DNA of 64,000 nt, taken from contig CP060262.1 in assembly GCA_022646745.1 (NCBI GenBank), positions 1,751,149 to 1,815,148 of the forward strand. The letters run 5' to 3'. Positions 17,801 through 25,705 of this stretch are shown piece by piece (positions within the stretch are counted from its first letter, which is position 1; every line of letters starts with the position of its first letter). The DNA is from Planctomycetales bacterium. Its GTDB lineage: Bacteria; 4484-113; JAFGCY01. Both the position numbers and the translations under genes were made by a program. The notes beneath the pieces were generated by a model. The model had not been told where the DNA came from. It did not search any database and worked only from the letters and a program-made list of their open reading frames with translations.

Positions 17801-18542
17801 GCAACACCTCCACTGCCGCTGGCCGTTGGCTCACGCTGGATGCCTGCTTGTCAAGGTCGCGCAGGTGCTCGCGCAGCAGCAATGCTTCACAGCGCTGCGC
17901 AAGAAAGGCATGCAGGCAGACATGCGTTGCCAGCAGCAGGCATGCTTCAATGGCTGCATAATTCAGGAAACTGTAGAAGTTGACCGGGGCATTGAGCACA
18001 ATGGCAACCAGCAGGGCTGCAAGCATGGGCAGCATCAGGATTGAAGGCAGCCAGCGCTGTTTTTCTCGGCCCTGCATGAAGGACAGCTGCTGGAATACCA
18101 GCCGCAGCTGCAGCGCCAGATCCCTGCCGGAATCAGTTTGCATTCCCTGCTCAATCTCCCTCAGCAATGCCAGGAACGGTGCATCCGGGCTGTCGGGTTG
18201 CCAGCCGGTCATGACCCTCGCCACCAGGTCAGAACGTCTCAGCATGCGCCTGGCGACGGAGATCCTGCGTGCCAGCAGCAGCAGGTTCAGCAGGCTGAGC
18301 AGTACGGCACTGAGCGCGAGCGACCAGCCAATGGTCTCAATGTATTCGTAATCAAAGGCATGGCGCACACCGGGATTGATAGCCTTGATTGGAGCGAGCG
18401 TGTACTGTAACCATAGGAGCGGCGGCAGCAGCGAAGGCACGAGGATGGCCAGCGCAGGCCACAGGGGATAGAGGTAAGTGCTGCGTGGTTCGCGACTGGC
18501 GTGCTCGCCAAACACCCGGTTCTCAAAGCTGGCCGTCTGCAT
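17793..18542 (-). CDS. 4-TM membrane protein, member 3 of the triplet (operon-proximal)
   Basis: Start chosen at MQTASFENRVFGE (RBS AGAGGGGA). A TATAAT box sits ~35 nt upstream on the minus strand. Loop motif RRSDLVARVMTGW. C-terminus LLREHLRDLD. The track ORF extends to 18689 through the repeat element. Confidence 0.55.
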   Translation of the reverse strand: MQTASFENRVFGEHASREPRSTYLYPLWPALAILVPSLLPPLLWLQYTLAPIKAINPGVRHAFDYEYIETIGWSLALSAVLLSLLNLLLLARRISVARRMLRRSDLVARVMTGWQPDSPDAPFLALLREIEQGMQTDSGRDLALQLRLVFQQLSFMQGREKQRWLPSILMLPMLAALLVAIVLNAPVNFYSFLNYAAIEACLLLATHVCLHAFLAQRCEALLLREHLRDLDKQASSVSQRPAAVEVLHG

Positions 18543-18616
18543 CGTCCCCTCTGTATCAAGCATGTCCATTCCCATGGGGATTATACGCCTGCGGGCATGG
18601 CTGCGCCAGCCTTGAC

Positions 18617-18767
18617 AGCAATGAGCAATGAAGAGTGAGCAATGAGTAGGAAGCAATGAGTAGGGATCAATGAAGAATGATCCTATCAATGTTTAGCAGG
18701 ACTCGATGCAGGTTCAGTCTCATTGCTCACTCTTCAGTGCTCATTGCTCCCCACTCATTGCTCCCCC
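18617..18767. repeat. Palindromic GAGCAATGAG-repeat element, copy a
   Basis: Arm CAATGAGCAATGAAGAGTGAGCAATGAG (18619-18647) is an almost perfect inverted repeat of CTCATTGCTCACTCTTCAGTGCTCATTGC (18719-18747). Additional (A)GCAATGAG direct repeats flank it. Located in the divergent promoter region between triplet gene 3 and the lipoprotein gene at 18828. Confidence 0.55.
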
Positions 18768-18827
18768 GCTTGACCCGCAAGCCGCATCCGCGGATAATTG
18801 ACTGGTAGTCCATCCAAGGGGAATAGC

Positions 18828-19679
18828 ATGGGAACGCAGAAGGGTATCGGTTTCGCAGGCGTGCTCGCCATCAGCCTGGCCTCACTGGTCTTCGGGGCCT
18901 GCGGCGGCGGAGGGGGCAACATCACCGGCTACGTGGTGCCGGACAACCCCTATTACTACGGTGGCAACAACGGCCCCTACTACTCAGGTAACAGCGACTA
19001 CTACTACCAGAACGGCTACTACTACGACCAGTATGGCTACTATGACCAGTTCGGCTACTACGACGGTTATGGCAACCAGCTGTACAACTCGAATGACCCG
19101 GCCTACGTGAACATCGTCAACCGCAACGGACGTGGCAACGACCCCTTCATGCAGAACTATGCCAACATCAACGACCGCACGGTCTCGCAGTTCGTCAACT
19201 CAACCTACTCCGAGATGCTGGCGGACTTCGGCGGCAGCCTGCAGGACCTGCTGGTGCGCGTGGATGGCAACTCAGTTGACATCCCGCCCGGGGAGTACAC
19301 GCTGGCAAGCCGCAATGCGGTGCTCAGTGAGGACGGCGGCCTGGACAGCGCGATCACGCTCAACTCCAGCTATGACGGAGTCAGCCTCGTGACCTACACG
19401 CTCGAGGAGTTCTCCGGCTACGAGCAGCTGGCCAGCTTCGCCATCAACGGCACGGGCAGCTTCGGCAGTGGCGACCGCAACGGGGTGTACTTCGGCATCC
19501 GCCAGTACGGCGACCGTGACACCCGCTGGTACGGCCCCTACCGCAACGGGATGGAGTGGAAGGTGCGCCCGCTGCGCTGGGATGAGCGCTACCAGTCGCG
19601 CCACTGCTTCGTGACCGTGGCTGTGTTCGGTGGAGACAGCGTGACCGTGAACCACATGCGCGCTGAGGTCGTTTACTGA
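18828..19679 (+). CDS. Lipoprotein with Tyr/Gly-rich low-complexity segment and a C-terminal W-Y-G-P-Y domain
   Basis: MGTQKGIGFAGVLAISLASLVFGAC lipobox. YYYGGNNGPYYSGNSDYYYQNGYYYDQYGYYDQFGYYDGYGN low-complexity segment. C-terminal TRWYGPYRNGMEW…HCFVTVAVFGG resembles the domain in the 21312/22287 lipoproteins and the giant protein. Confidence 0.65.
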   Translation: MGTQKGIGFAGVLAISLASLVFGACGGGGGNITGYVVPDNPYYYGGNNGPYYSGNSDYYYQNGYYYDQYGYYDQFGYYDGYGNQLYNSNDPAYVNIVNRNGRGNDPFMQNYANINDRTVSQFVNSTYSEMLADFGGSLQDLLVRVDGNSVDIPPGEYTLASRNAVLSEDGGLDSAITLNSSYDGVSLVTYTLEEFSGYEQLASFAINGTGSFGSGDRNGVYFGIRQYGDRDTRWYGPYRNGMEWKVRPLRWDERYQSRHCFVTVAVFGGDSVTVNHMRAEVVY

Positions 19680-19723
19680 ATCGAGGACTGACGAGGCACT
19701 GAATCTCGTGCTGAGGGAATTCC

Positions 19724-20221
19724 ATGGAATCTCCACATTCCGGCATGCCTGCATTGCGCAGCCCGGGCTATAATCGCCCAGTGGCGAAAAGCTCAGTCTG
19801 GTTATGCATTGTATGCTTTGCACTGCTGCTGGCAGGTGCCTGCGGCAGTTCATCCACATATTCCTACCGCCTGCCGGCCGGCGTTGACAACAACCTGCGC
19901 ATCGTGCGCGCCGGTGACCCGAACTCGGTGCTGGCCGACACGCAGGACAAGGGGCGGATCACGATGCGGGTCGGCGAGACGCTGACGGTCTCGGCGATCT
20001 ACCGCTTCCGTTCTGCGATCTTCACCGGCACTGACGAAAAGGATGAATTCGTCACCGCGGACAGCAGCTGGCACTGGCTGGAGGCCGTGAATGACACACT
20101 CAGCTTTGACAACGGGGTGGTCACGGCACTCAAGCCAGGGGTGGACACGCTCAAGGCGGAGTACCGCGACAACGACATCTTCGAGGACTTCGACGCCAAG
20201 CTGGAAATCACCGTTGAATAG
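19724..20221 (+). CDS. Small lipoprotein, paralog 1 of a tandem pair (Ig-like/BIG-type fold suspected)
   Basis: LLLAGACGSS lipobox. Aligns along its length with the next gene (…LRIVRAGDPNSVLADTQDKGRITMRVGETLTVSAIYRFRSAI…). Confidence 0.65.
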   Translation: MESPHSGMPALRSPGYNRPVAKSSVWLCIVCFALLLAGACGSSSTYSYRLPAGVDNNLRIVRAGDPNSVLADTQDKGRITMRVGETLTVSAIYRFRSAIFTGTDEKDEFVTADSSWHWLEAVNDTLSFDNGVVTALKPGVDTLKAEYRDNDIFEDFDAKLEITVE

Positions 20222-20278
20222 GGGCACGGTACCGGGATGGGCAGACGGATCAGGAAACCACAGTTACAGGAGCTGGAA

Positions 20279-20713
20279 ATGACAATCAACAGGATGGCGG
20301 GGATCTTCCTCGCAATGGTGGCGATGCTGGCGCTGGCCGCCTGCGGCGGTGGCGGCAGCGAGTACATGCTGCCCACCGGCCAGGACTACAGCCTGCGCCT
20401 CGTGAAGGGCGGCGACCCGAATGACGTGCTGGCCTCCACCGAGCGCAAGGGCCACATCACGATGAATGTCGGCGAGACGCTGAATGTCACGACGATTTAC
20501 CGCTTCCGCTCGGCGATCGGCGACAAGGAGAAGGATGAGTTCGTCACGGCGACCTCGGCCTATGTCTGGCTGGAGGACGTGAATGACAAGCTGAGCTACA
20601 GCAACGGCAAGATCACCGCGGTCAAGGCCGGGCTGGACACCCTGCTCGTTAACTACGTTGACAACAATGCCAATGAGACCGTGTCCTGCCGGCTGGAGAT
20701 CACGGTCAACTGA
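20279..20713 (+). CDS. Small lipoprotein, paralog 2 of the tandem pair
   Basis: RBS AGGAG before MTINRMAGIFLAMVAMLALAAC. ~45% identical to the previous gene. Confidence 0.65.
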   Translation: MTINRMAGIFLAMVAMLALAACGGGGSEYMLPTGQDYSLRLVKGGDPNDVLASTERKGHITMNVGETLNVTTIYRFRSAIGDKEKDEFVTATSAYVWLEDVNDKLSYSNGKITAVKAGLDTLLVNYVDNNANETVSCRLEITVN

Positions 20714-20737
20714 TCTTCATCGGATTGATCCACAGTG

Positions 20738-20768
20738 GGCCCGCTTCGGCGGGCCCTTTCTGCTTTCT
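20738..20768 (+). terminator. Rho-independent terminator (GGGCCCGC-TTCG-GCGGGCCC + TTTCTGCTTTCT)
   Basis: Perfect 8-bp GC stem, UUCG tetraloop and T-rich tail directly after the 20713 stop. Confidence 0.55.
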
Positions 20769-20774
20769 GCTCCC

Positions 20775-20890
20775 TGGCTCCGCCTAACAATCTCCTTCTT
20801 CATTTACTTCTCCCACTTCTTCAACTATTCAGACTATCTACACTATTGCCAGACTCTCGTCTGGCCTCCTGCCCACTGCTTACTGATTAT
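20775..20890. repeat. Mosaic short-repeat segment related to 15841-16210
   Basis: CACTTCTTCAACTATTCAGACTATC is the reverse complement of AGTCTGAATAGTGGAAGAAGTG at 15849. TACTTCT..CACTTC..CAGACTATC.A.ACTA matches 16157-16200 in direct orientation. Hairpin GCCAGAC-TCTC-GTCTGGC (compare CAGAC-GAAA-GTCTG at 16058). CCTGCCCACTGCTTACTG is the reverse complement of the CAGTAGGCAGCGGGCAGG family. Confidence 0.45.
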
Positions 20891-20988
20891 TTAACTTTCA
20901 CTTAATCAAACTCCTGTTAGGGTTCCGCCCCCCTGCGGTAACACATCTGGTTTGTGAGAACCCCACCAAATTCCAAAGGAGGCAGACC

Positions 20989-21177
20989 ATGCGTTCAATG
21001 ATCTATGCAGTGGCGGCAGTGCTGCTGGTACTTGCAATGGCAGTGGTTCACATGCTGTCCTCTGCGGATGCCGCGGGCGGCAGCCGGGAGGGGCAGCGCA
21101 TCGGCATGGCCGTTGCAGGTGACCACACTGACGATGCTTATTGCCAGGTTTCTGACTGGCTGAGTGAACTGGACTGA
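20989..21177 (+). CDS. Small protein (62 aa) with N-terminal hydrophobic segment
   Basis: Consensus RBS AAAGGAGGCAGACC before the ATG. MRSMIYAVAAVLLVLAMAVVHMLSSADAAGG is signal- or TM-like. Confidence 0.45.
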   Translation: MRSMIYAVAAVLLVLAMAVVHMLSSADAAGGSREGQRIGMAVAGDHTDDAYCQVSDWLSELD

Positions 21178-21311
21178 TGCAGGTGTTGACTGCCTGATCG
21201 GTGGGGCCGGGAAACCGGCCCCTTTCCGTTTCTGTTTAGCGATTGCGCTGGGCGGGTAACGATAACGGTTCATCTGTGGAACCCCAAAATCCAAATCAGA
21301 GGCCCACAGAA

Positions 21312-22115
21312 ATGTATGGAAAGTCTTATACCGGGTTTGCCGGTATCATCGCAGGAAGCATCATGATCCTCGCAGCCAGCTGCTCCGGTGGCAACGGCAT
21401 GGCAGAGGTCCCCTCCCCGCAGGACAGCGCGCCTGTCATCGGGGAAGCGCTCACCATGGAAGGTGCCCCCAGCCTGGAGAAGATCTCCAGCGGCTGGCAG
21501 CAGTGGGGCGATTTCGAGCTCGGCTGGCTGGACCTGCACCAGAGCGTGCATGACGGCAGCAATGAGCTGGACGAGACCCGCATCTTCGCCAAGAGCGAGG
21601 GAGTCTACAACTTCGAGGACGGCGGCAAGGACTACATCAACTTCCCGGCCGCCGGAGTCGGCATGCACTACGCCGTGTTCGGCCTGAAGGACATCCCGGT
21701 CGGCTCGATCATCCGCGGCATCCGTTTCACCACGGACTTCAACAGCTCCGAGAGTGATGACGCCGAGTACTACGTTGCCTACAGCAACTACGAGACCGGT
21801 GTGTTCCAGTGGTACGGCCCCTACGCCGAGGGCGACATCGAGCTCTACAACCTGTTCACGAACAACGTCAGTGTCGGCCAGAAGGCCTACTTCACCATCG
21901 CGGTCACGGGGAACAACTACTACTCCGACGTGACGGACGTGGAAGTCAGCATCGGCAAGCCGCTGAAGGTTGATCTGCCGCTGCTCTACGAGCGCCAGCC
22001 GATCCCCAACGACTGGGTTCTCAATGAGTATGGCAAGGTGGACTGGGACCTGCTGTGGAAGCGTCCCGAGTTCCAGGAGATCATGATCATCGTCCGTCCG
22101 ATCCTGATCTTCTGA
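21312..22115 (+). CDS. Lipoprotein, tandem duplicate 1 (W-Y-G-P-Y domain family)
   Basis: MYGKSYTGFAGIIAGSIMILAASCSGG lipobox. ~60% identical to the next gene, including the upstream leader (GGTTCATCTGTGGAACCCCAAAATCCAAATC…CCCACAGAAATG). Confidence 0.7.
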   Translation: MYGKSYTGFAGIIAGSIMILAASCSGGNGMAEVPSPQDSAPVIGEALTMEGAPSLEKISSGWQQWGDFELGWLDLHQSVHDGSNELDETRIFAKSEGVYNFEDGGKDYINFPAAGVGMHYAVFGLKDIPVGSIIRGIRFTTDFNSSESDDAEYYVAYSNYETGVFQWYGPYAEGDIELYNLFTNNVSVGQKAYFTIAVTGNNYYSDVTDVEVSIGKPLKVDLPLLYERQPIPNDWVLNEYGKVDWDLLWKRPEFQEIMIIVRPILIF

Positions 22116-22129
22116 GCAGCAACAAGCTG

Positions 22130-22166
22130 TCCTGAACAGCGGGCCTGGCATCTGCCGGGCCCGTTT
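22130..22166 (+). terminator. Rho-independent terminator (CGGGCCTGGCA-TCT-GCCGGGCCCG + TTTTTGTTTTTCT)
   Basis: GC stem plus a long T-tract after the 22115 stop. Confidence 0.55.
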
Positions 22167-22286
22167 TTGTTTTTCTGCACGATCCTGTGCGCTTTCACTG
22201 CATTTGCTGTTTAGGTTTGGGAGGGGCCGGGTAACAAGAATGGTTCATCTGTGGAACCCCCAAATCCAAATCTAGGACCCACAGAA

Positions 22287-23129
22287 ATGTACGGAAAGTT
22301 CACTAACAGCATTGCAGGAATCATCATCAGCGGCGCCGCCATCATGGCAGCCAGCTGCTCCGGCGGAGCCGGGATGGATACAGCCAACCCGGGTAACACC
22401 GAAGTCGACCAGGCCGCCATCATTGAGCAGGCCATCACCACCGACGAGATGCCTTCCCTTGAGAAGCTCTCCAGCGGCTGGGAGCAGTGGACCGGCAGCG
22501 ACATCCTGATCGACTGGTACACCGTCTGGCTCAACAAGCACCAGAGCGTCGGCTACGGCGTGAACGACCTTGATGAGACAAAGCTGATCACCAAGAGTGA
22601 GGGCGTCTACAACTTCGAGGACGACGGCAAGGATTACCTCAACTTCCCGGCCACCGGCGGCGGCCTGAACTACGCCGTGTTCGGCGTCAAGGACGTTCCG
22701 CAGGGCGCGATCATGAAGGGCATCCGCTTCACCACGGACTTCAACTCCAGTGAGAGCCCGAACGCTGAGTACTACGTCTGCTACAGCAACTACGAAAGCG
22801 GTGTCTACCAGTGGTACGGCCCCTTCGCAGAGGGCGAGTACGAGGTCTACAACTTCTACACAAACAACATCAACGAGTACCAGCGTGGCTACTTCACCAT
22901 CGCCATCACCGGCAACAACTACTACAGCGATGTGACTGACGTGGAAGTGATCATCGGCGACCCGATCGACTTCAAGATCCCGGACCTCGTCGAGCACCAG
23001 CCGATCCCGAACTGGTGGCTGATGGACGACCTGGGCTTCGTGGACTGGGGCAAGCTGTTCGAGCTGCCCGCCGTCCAGCAGCTGAAGATCGCCCCGCAGT
23101 TCCAGTTCAGGACTGAGCTGGCCCGCTAG
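22287..23129 (+). CDS. Lipoprotein, tandem duplicate 2 (W-Y-G-P-Y domain family)
   Basis: MYGKFTNSIAGIIISGAAIMAASCSGG lipobox. Conserved blocks SEGVYNFED(D/G)GKDY(I/L)NFPA, IRFTTDFNSSES, QWYGP(Y/F)AEG, TGNNYYSDVTDVEV. Confidence 0.7.
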   Translation: MYGKFTNSIAGIIISGAAIMAASCSGGAGMDTANPGNTEVDQAAIIEQAITTDEMPSLEKLSSGWEQWTGSDILIDWYTVWLNKHQSVGYGVNDLDETKLITKSEGVYNFEDDGKDYLNFPATGGGLNYAVFGVKDVPQGAIMKGIRFTTDFNSSESPNAEYYVCYSNYESGVYQWYGPFAEGEYEVYNFYTNNINEYQRGYFTIAITGNNYYSDVTDVEVIIGDPIDFKIPDLVEHQPIPNWWLMDDLGFVDWGKLFELPAVQQLKIAPQFQFRTELAR

Positions 23130-23146
23130 GCAGACAGTCAGCAACA

Positions 23147-23180
23147 AGGAAACAGTGAGCCCCGCCACGGCGGGGCTCCT
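23147..23180 (+). terminator. Rho-independent terminator (GAGCCCCGCC-ACG-GCGGGGCTC + CTGCATTTTCT)
   Basis: Perfect 10-bp stem after the 23129 stop. Confidence 0.55.
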
Positions 23181-23245
23181 GCATTTTCTGTGGAGAAAGT
23201 ATCGCCATACGGGCAGCCCCGGAATCCCATAGTAGAATTCTGCCC

Positions 23246-23764
23246 GTGAGTGATATGCAGTTGCCCGATGGACTTGAAGTGATCGTGCTGCTTGGCAGCA
23301 TCAGCGACCGCGCGGTGGCGGAGGAGATGCTGCCCGTGTTCAGCGATTTCGGCGTCACCGCCCATGTGGCCGTGTGCAGCGCGCACCGCGACCATGAACG
23401 CCTCGCCCGGCTGATCCCCGAGGCTGAGTCGAAGGGCTGCGTGAGCGTGATTGCAGTGGCGGGCAAGAGCGCACACCTGCCGGGTGTCTGCGCCGCCCTG
23501 ACCACCATGCCGGTGATCGGCGTGCCCGCAGTCAACAGCGGGATCTGGCAGGATTCGCTGTACTCCATCGTGAACATGCCCCCGGGCATCCCGGTGGCCT
23601 GCGTCGGCATGGATGCGGGGCGCAACGCCGCCCTGCTGGCCGTGCAGCACGTTGCCATCGGCCGCAGTGAACTGCGTGGTAAGCTCAAGGACTTCAGGGA
23701 CAAGATGCGTGAAAGCAACCGGCGTGACAGTGCCAAACTGCAGCAGGAGCTGTCAGGAAAGTAG
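23246..23764 (+). CDS. purE: N5-carboxyaminoimidazole ribonucleotide mutase (AIR carboxylase catalytic subunit)
   Basis: VLLGSISD P-loop-like motif, …AHR…, AVAGKSAHLPGV and the overall 170-aa PurE layout. Confidence 0.9.
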   Translation: MSDMQLPDGLEVIVLLGSISDRAVAEEMLPVFSDFGVTAHVAVCSAHRDHERLARLIPEAESKGCVSVIAVAGKSAHLPGVCAALTTMPVIGVPAVNSGIWQDSLYSIVNMPPGIPVACVGMDAGRNAALLAVQHVAIGRSELRGKLKDFRDKMRESNRRDSAKLQQELSGK

Positions 23765-23858
23765 GCGCCACGCACTTCGCGTTCTGTTCCGCAATAAAAA
23801 ATAAAACTGTGCCGTGCGCGGCGGTGGGTGCCGTGCCCGGCTGCATCCGGAGCAATGG

Positions 23859-25703
23859 ATGATCGATCGCTACACGCGGCCGCCAATGGGCCGCCTGTTC
23901 ACGGCGAAGCATCGCTTTGACACCTGGCTGAAGGTTGAGCTGGCTGTCTGCGAGGCCTGGGCGGAGCGCGGGGAAATCCCGCAGGATGCCTGGAAGCGCA
24001 TCAGGAAGAATGCCAACTACAAGCTCAAGCGCATCAACGAGATTGAGGCGGCCGTGCACCATGACGTGATCGCCTTCAACACGGCGGTGGCGGACTACAT
24101 CGGCGAGGACAGCGCCTACTTCCACAAGGGGATGACCTCCAATGACGTGGTGGACACCGCGCAGTGCCTGATCCTCAAGGAGGCCGGGCAGCTGATCGAG
24201 GAGGGCCTGATCCGCCTGCGCAAGGCGCTCGGCGCCCGTGCGCTGGAGTACCGCCACACCCCGGTGATGGGCCGCACACACGGCGTGCATGCCGAGCCGA
24301 CCACCTTCGGGCTGAAGCTCCTGGTCTGGTATGACGAGCTCAACCGCCACGAGGAGCGGCTCGCGCTGGCGATTGACGGCCTGGCCGTCGGCAAGCTGTC
24401 CGGCGCCGTTGGCAACTTCGCGCACATCCCGCCGGACCTCGAGGAGCAGATCCTGCGAAAGCTCGGCCTGCAGAGTGCGCCGGTCTCCAACCAGGTGGTG
24501 CAGCGCGACCGGCATGCGCACTTCGTGATGGTGCTGGCCGGGCTGGCCTCCACGATGGAGAAGATCGCCGTCAACCTGCGCAGCTACCAGCGCACGGAGA
24601 TCGGCGAGGTGCAGGAACCCTTCGCCAAGGGCCAGAAGGGCTCCTCCGCGATGCCGCACAAGAAGAACCCGATCCTGCTCGAGCGCATCACCGGGCTGTC
24701 CCGTGTGATCCGCGGCTATGCCGTGACCGCGCTTGAGAACGTCGCGCTGTGGGACGAGCGTGACATTTCACACTCCGGCGCCGAGCGCGTGATCCTGCCG
24801 GACGCCTGCATCCTCGTTGACTACATGATGGACAAGCTGTCAACGGTGATCGGCGGGCTGGTCGTGCGCCCGGAGCAGATGAACCGCAACATCTACCTGA
24901 CGAAGGGCCTGATCTTCAGCCAGCGTGTGCTGCTGGCCCTGACCGAGGCCGGCGTCAGCCGCGAGGATGCCTACAGCATGGTGCAGCGCAATGCGATGCG
25001 CTGCTGGGAGGACCGCACCCCGCTGCTGGATGCTCTGCTCAATGACCGGGACGTGCGCAGCCACCTGGACACGGCGCAGATCTCCAGCCTGTTCACCATC
25101 GACCCGTTCCTGGAGCATGTCGACCGGCTGTTCGAGCGCGTCGGCCTCAGTGACGGCAAGAAGCACAGCTCAGACGACCCGAAGCCGGTGCAGGCCCCGC
25201 GCCGCGGCCGGGGACGCGGCCGGCGCAAGGATGACCGCATCATGCGCAGCGAACAGGGCAACATTGACAGCATTGCAGTGGACACCGGCGCGATCCAGAA
25301 CATCAGTGAGCGCGCCTCCGACTACTACGAGTCCGCCAGCGTGGTACTGAGCCGTACGAAGTCGGATGCACCGAAGGGTGATGACACGCTTGGCGAGGCG
25401 GAGCACCAGAAGAAGAAGGTGGCCAGTGAAGGTACCGGCAAGCCTGCCAGCGCCTCCCGCAGCCGCTCGCGCAGCAAGCCGCGCACTGACAAGGATAAGG
25501 ATAAAGTTGCCACTGAAGGCAAGGATAATGAGAAGCCTTCCGGGGTAGGAAGCAGCAAGCCCGCCCCTCCCGCCGACGCTTTGGCGTCCGCCGATGAGGA
25601 GAAGGCGGCGAAGCCACGCCGGCGCAGGCGTCGCAGCCCGTCGCGCAAGCCCGCAGAGGGTGGCACTGGTAATGGATCTGATACTAAGGAAAAGGGAGAA
25701 TAG
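23859..25703 (+). CDS. purB: Adenylosuccinate lyase with ~190-aa basic/Ser-rich low-complexity C-terminal extension
   Basis: N-terminus MIDRYTRPPMGRLF (compare B. subtilis-type PurB). Fumarate-lyase signature GSSAMPHKKNP. The catalytic core ends ~aa 440. The ORF continues uninterrupted through a K/R/S/D-rich tail (RRGRGRGRRKDD…RSRSRSKPRTDKDKDK…KPRRRRRRSPSRK) to 25703, 2 nt before purC. Confidence 0.85.
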   Translation: MIDRYTRPPMGRLFTAKHRFDTWLKVELAVCEAWAERGEIPQDAWKRIRKNANYKLKRINEIEAAVHHDVIAFNTAVADYIGEDSAYFHKGMTSNDVVDTAQCLILKEAGQLIEEGLIRLRKALGARALEYRHTPVMGRTHGVHAEPTTFGLKLLVWYDELNRHEERLALAIDGLAVGKLSGAVGNFAHIPPDLEEQILRKLGLQSAPVSNQVVQRDRHAHFVMVLAGLASTMEKIAVNLRSYQRTEIGEVQEPFAKGQKGSSAMPHKKNPILLERITGLSRVIRGYAVTALENVALWDERDISHSGAERVILPDACILVDYMMDKLSTVIGGLVVRPEQMNRNIYLTKGLIFSQRVLLALTEAGVSREDAYSMVQRNAMRCWEDRTPLLDALLNDRDVRSHLDTAQISSLFTIDPFLEHVDRLFERVGLSDGKKHSSDDPKPVQAPRRGRGRGRRKDDRIMRSEQGNIDSIAVDTGAIQNISERASDYYESASVVLSRTKSDAPKGDDTLGEAEHQKKKVASEGTGKPASASRSRSRSKPRTDKDKDKVATEGKDNEKPSGVGSSKPAPPADALASADEEKAAKPRRRRRRSPSRKPAEGGTGNGSDTKEKGE

Positions 25704-25705
25704 CC

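Noticed and set aside
21270-23168. Long antisense ORFs (293 aa and 298 aa) opposite the tandem lipoprotein genes
   Set aside because: Val/Asp/Gly/Leu-rich mirror translations of the well-supported + strand lipoprotein genes. There are no RBS sites, and both terminators support + strand transcription.
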